A DNA stretch of 63,027 bases, filler included, from Choristocarpus tenellus KU-1152 (lineage: Eukaryota; Protista; Phaeophyceae), in assembly GCA_964200185.2 (NCBI GenBank). It is 13 parts of 13 records of this genome, joined end to end, with 100 filler letters (N's around TTAATTAATTAA, not from the genome) between each part and the next. Parts side by side here need not be neighbours in the genome. Positions count along the whole stretch, not along the records: positions 60,447 to 63,027 come from CAXNAD020026574.1; 12 more parts are not named here. One strand, given 5' to 3'. A program made the position numbers and the translations under genes. The notes beneath the pieces are model-generated. The model ran no database searches. It was not told the origin of the DNA and was given only the letters and a program-made list of their open reading frames with translations. Shown in pieces: positions 62,727 through 63,027 of the stretch (position 1 is the first letter of the stretch; each line of letters opens with the position of its first letter).

Positions 62727-63027
62727 GTTTTAGAAATATCCTTGCGCAGTGTTCCATGCTGTATCATTATTATTTTTCTGTAAGACTTTGGTTGGTATTT
62801 AAATAGTGCCACATTGTAGCCACGAATCACACTCCAAAACATTCTGGTGTTTGAGTTTCCACCAATGCCGAATAGCTACTTATCATAAAAAATTATTTCA
62901 TATTTTATTTTTATTTGGAAGGAATATGTGTTCAGGCTCAAAGTATCTGGGAGGGGGGGGGGAGGGGGGGGGGAAAAAAAAAAAGGGCAAAAAGTGGGGG
63001 GGGGGGGGGGGGGAGGGCAAATAAAAT

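Overview
Eukaryotic nuclear DNA, not prokaryotic. The window is an artificial concatenation of 13 unrelated short contigs joined by ~100-bp linkers (N-run + TTAATTAATTAA + N-run), so neighbours across a linker are not biological neighbours. It contains partial multi-exon genes with GT-AG introns of roughly 0.3-1.6 kb: Ku80, an AGC-type kinase, a protochlorophyllide-reductase-like SDR, TOR, mitochondrial Hsp70 and possibly a cyclin-Y-like gene. I reconstructed their exons by hand and checked reading phase. Between genes lie decayed Copia/Gypsy LTR retroelements, a solo LTR, a probable Sola-type transposase relic, two related MITE families (3-bp TSDs seen in one), a tRNA-Pro-like sequence, minisatellites and interstitial TTAGGG repeats. 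Gene style suggests a stramenopile alga, possibly brown-algal-like (inference only). The most notable signal is an AT-rich island at about 12.5-13.2 kb. It holds short, decayed, stitched-together fragments of bacterial genes (prfB with its SPF motif, and an EAL phosphodiesterase) whose wording resembles Rickettsiaceae proteins as I recall them. This suggests an old endosymbiont-to-nucleus DNA transfer. No CRISPR array or complete novel multi-gene system is supported. All protein identifications are by motif recognition, not database search.
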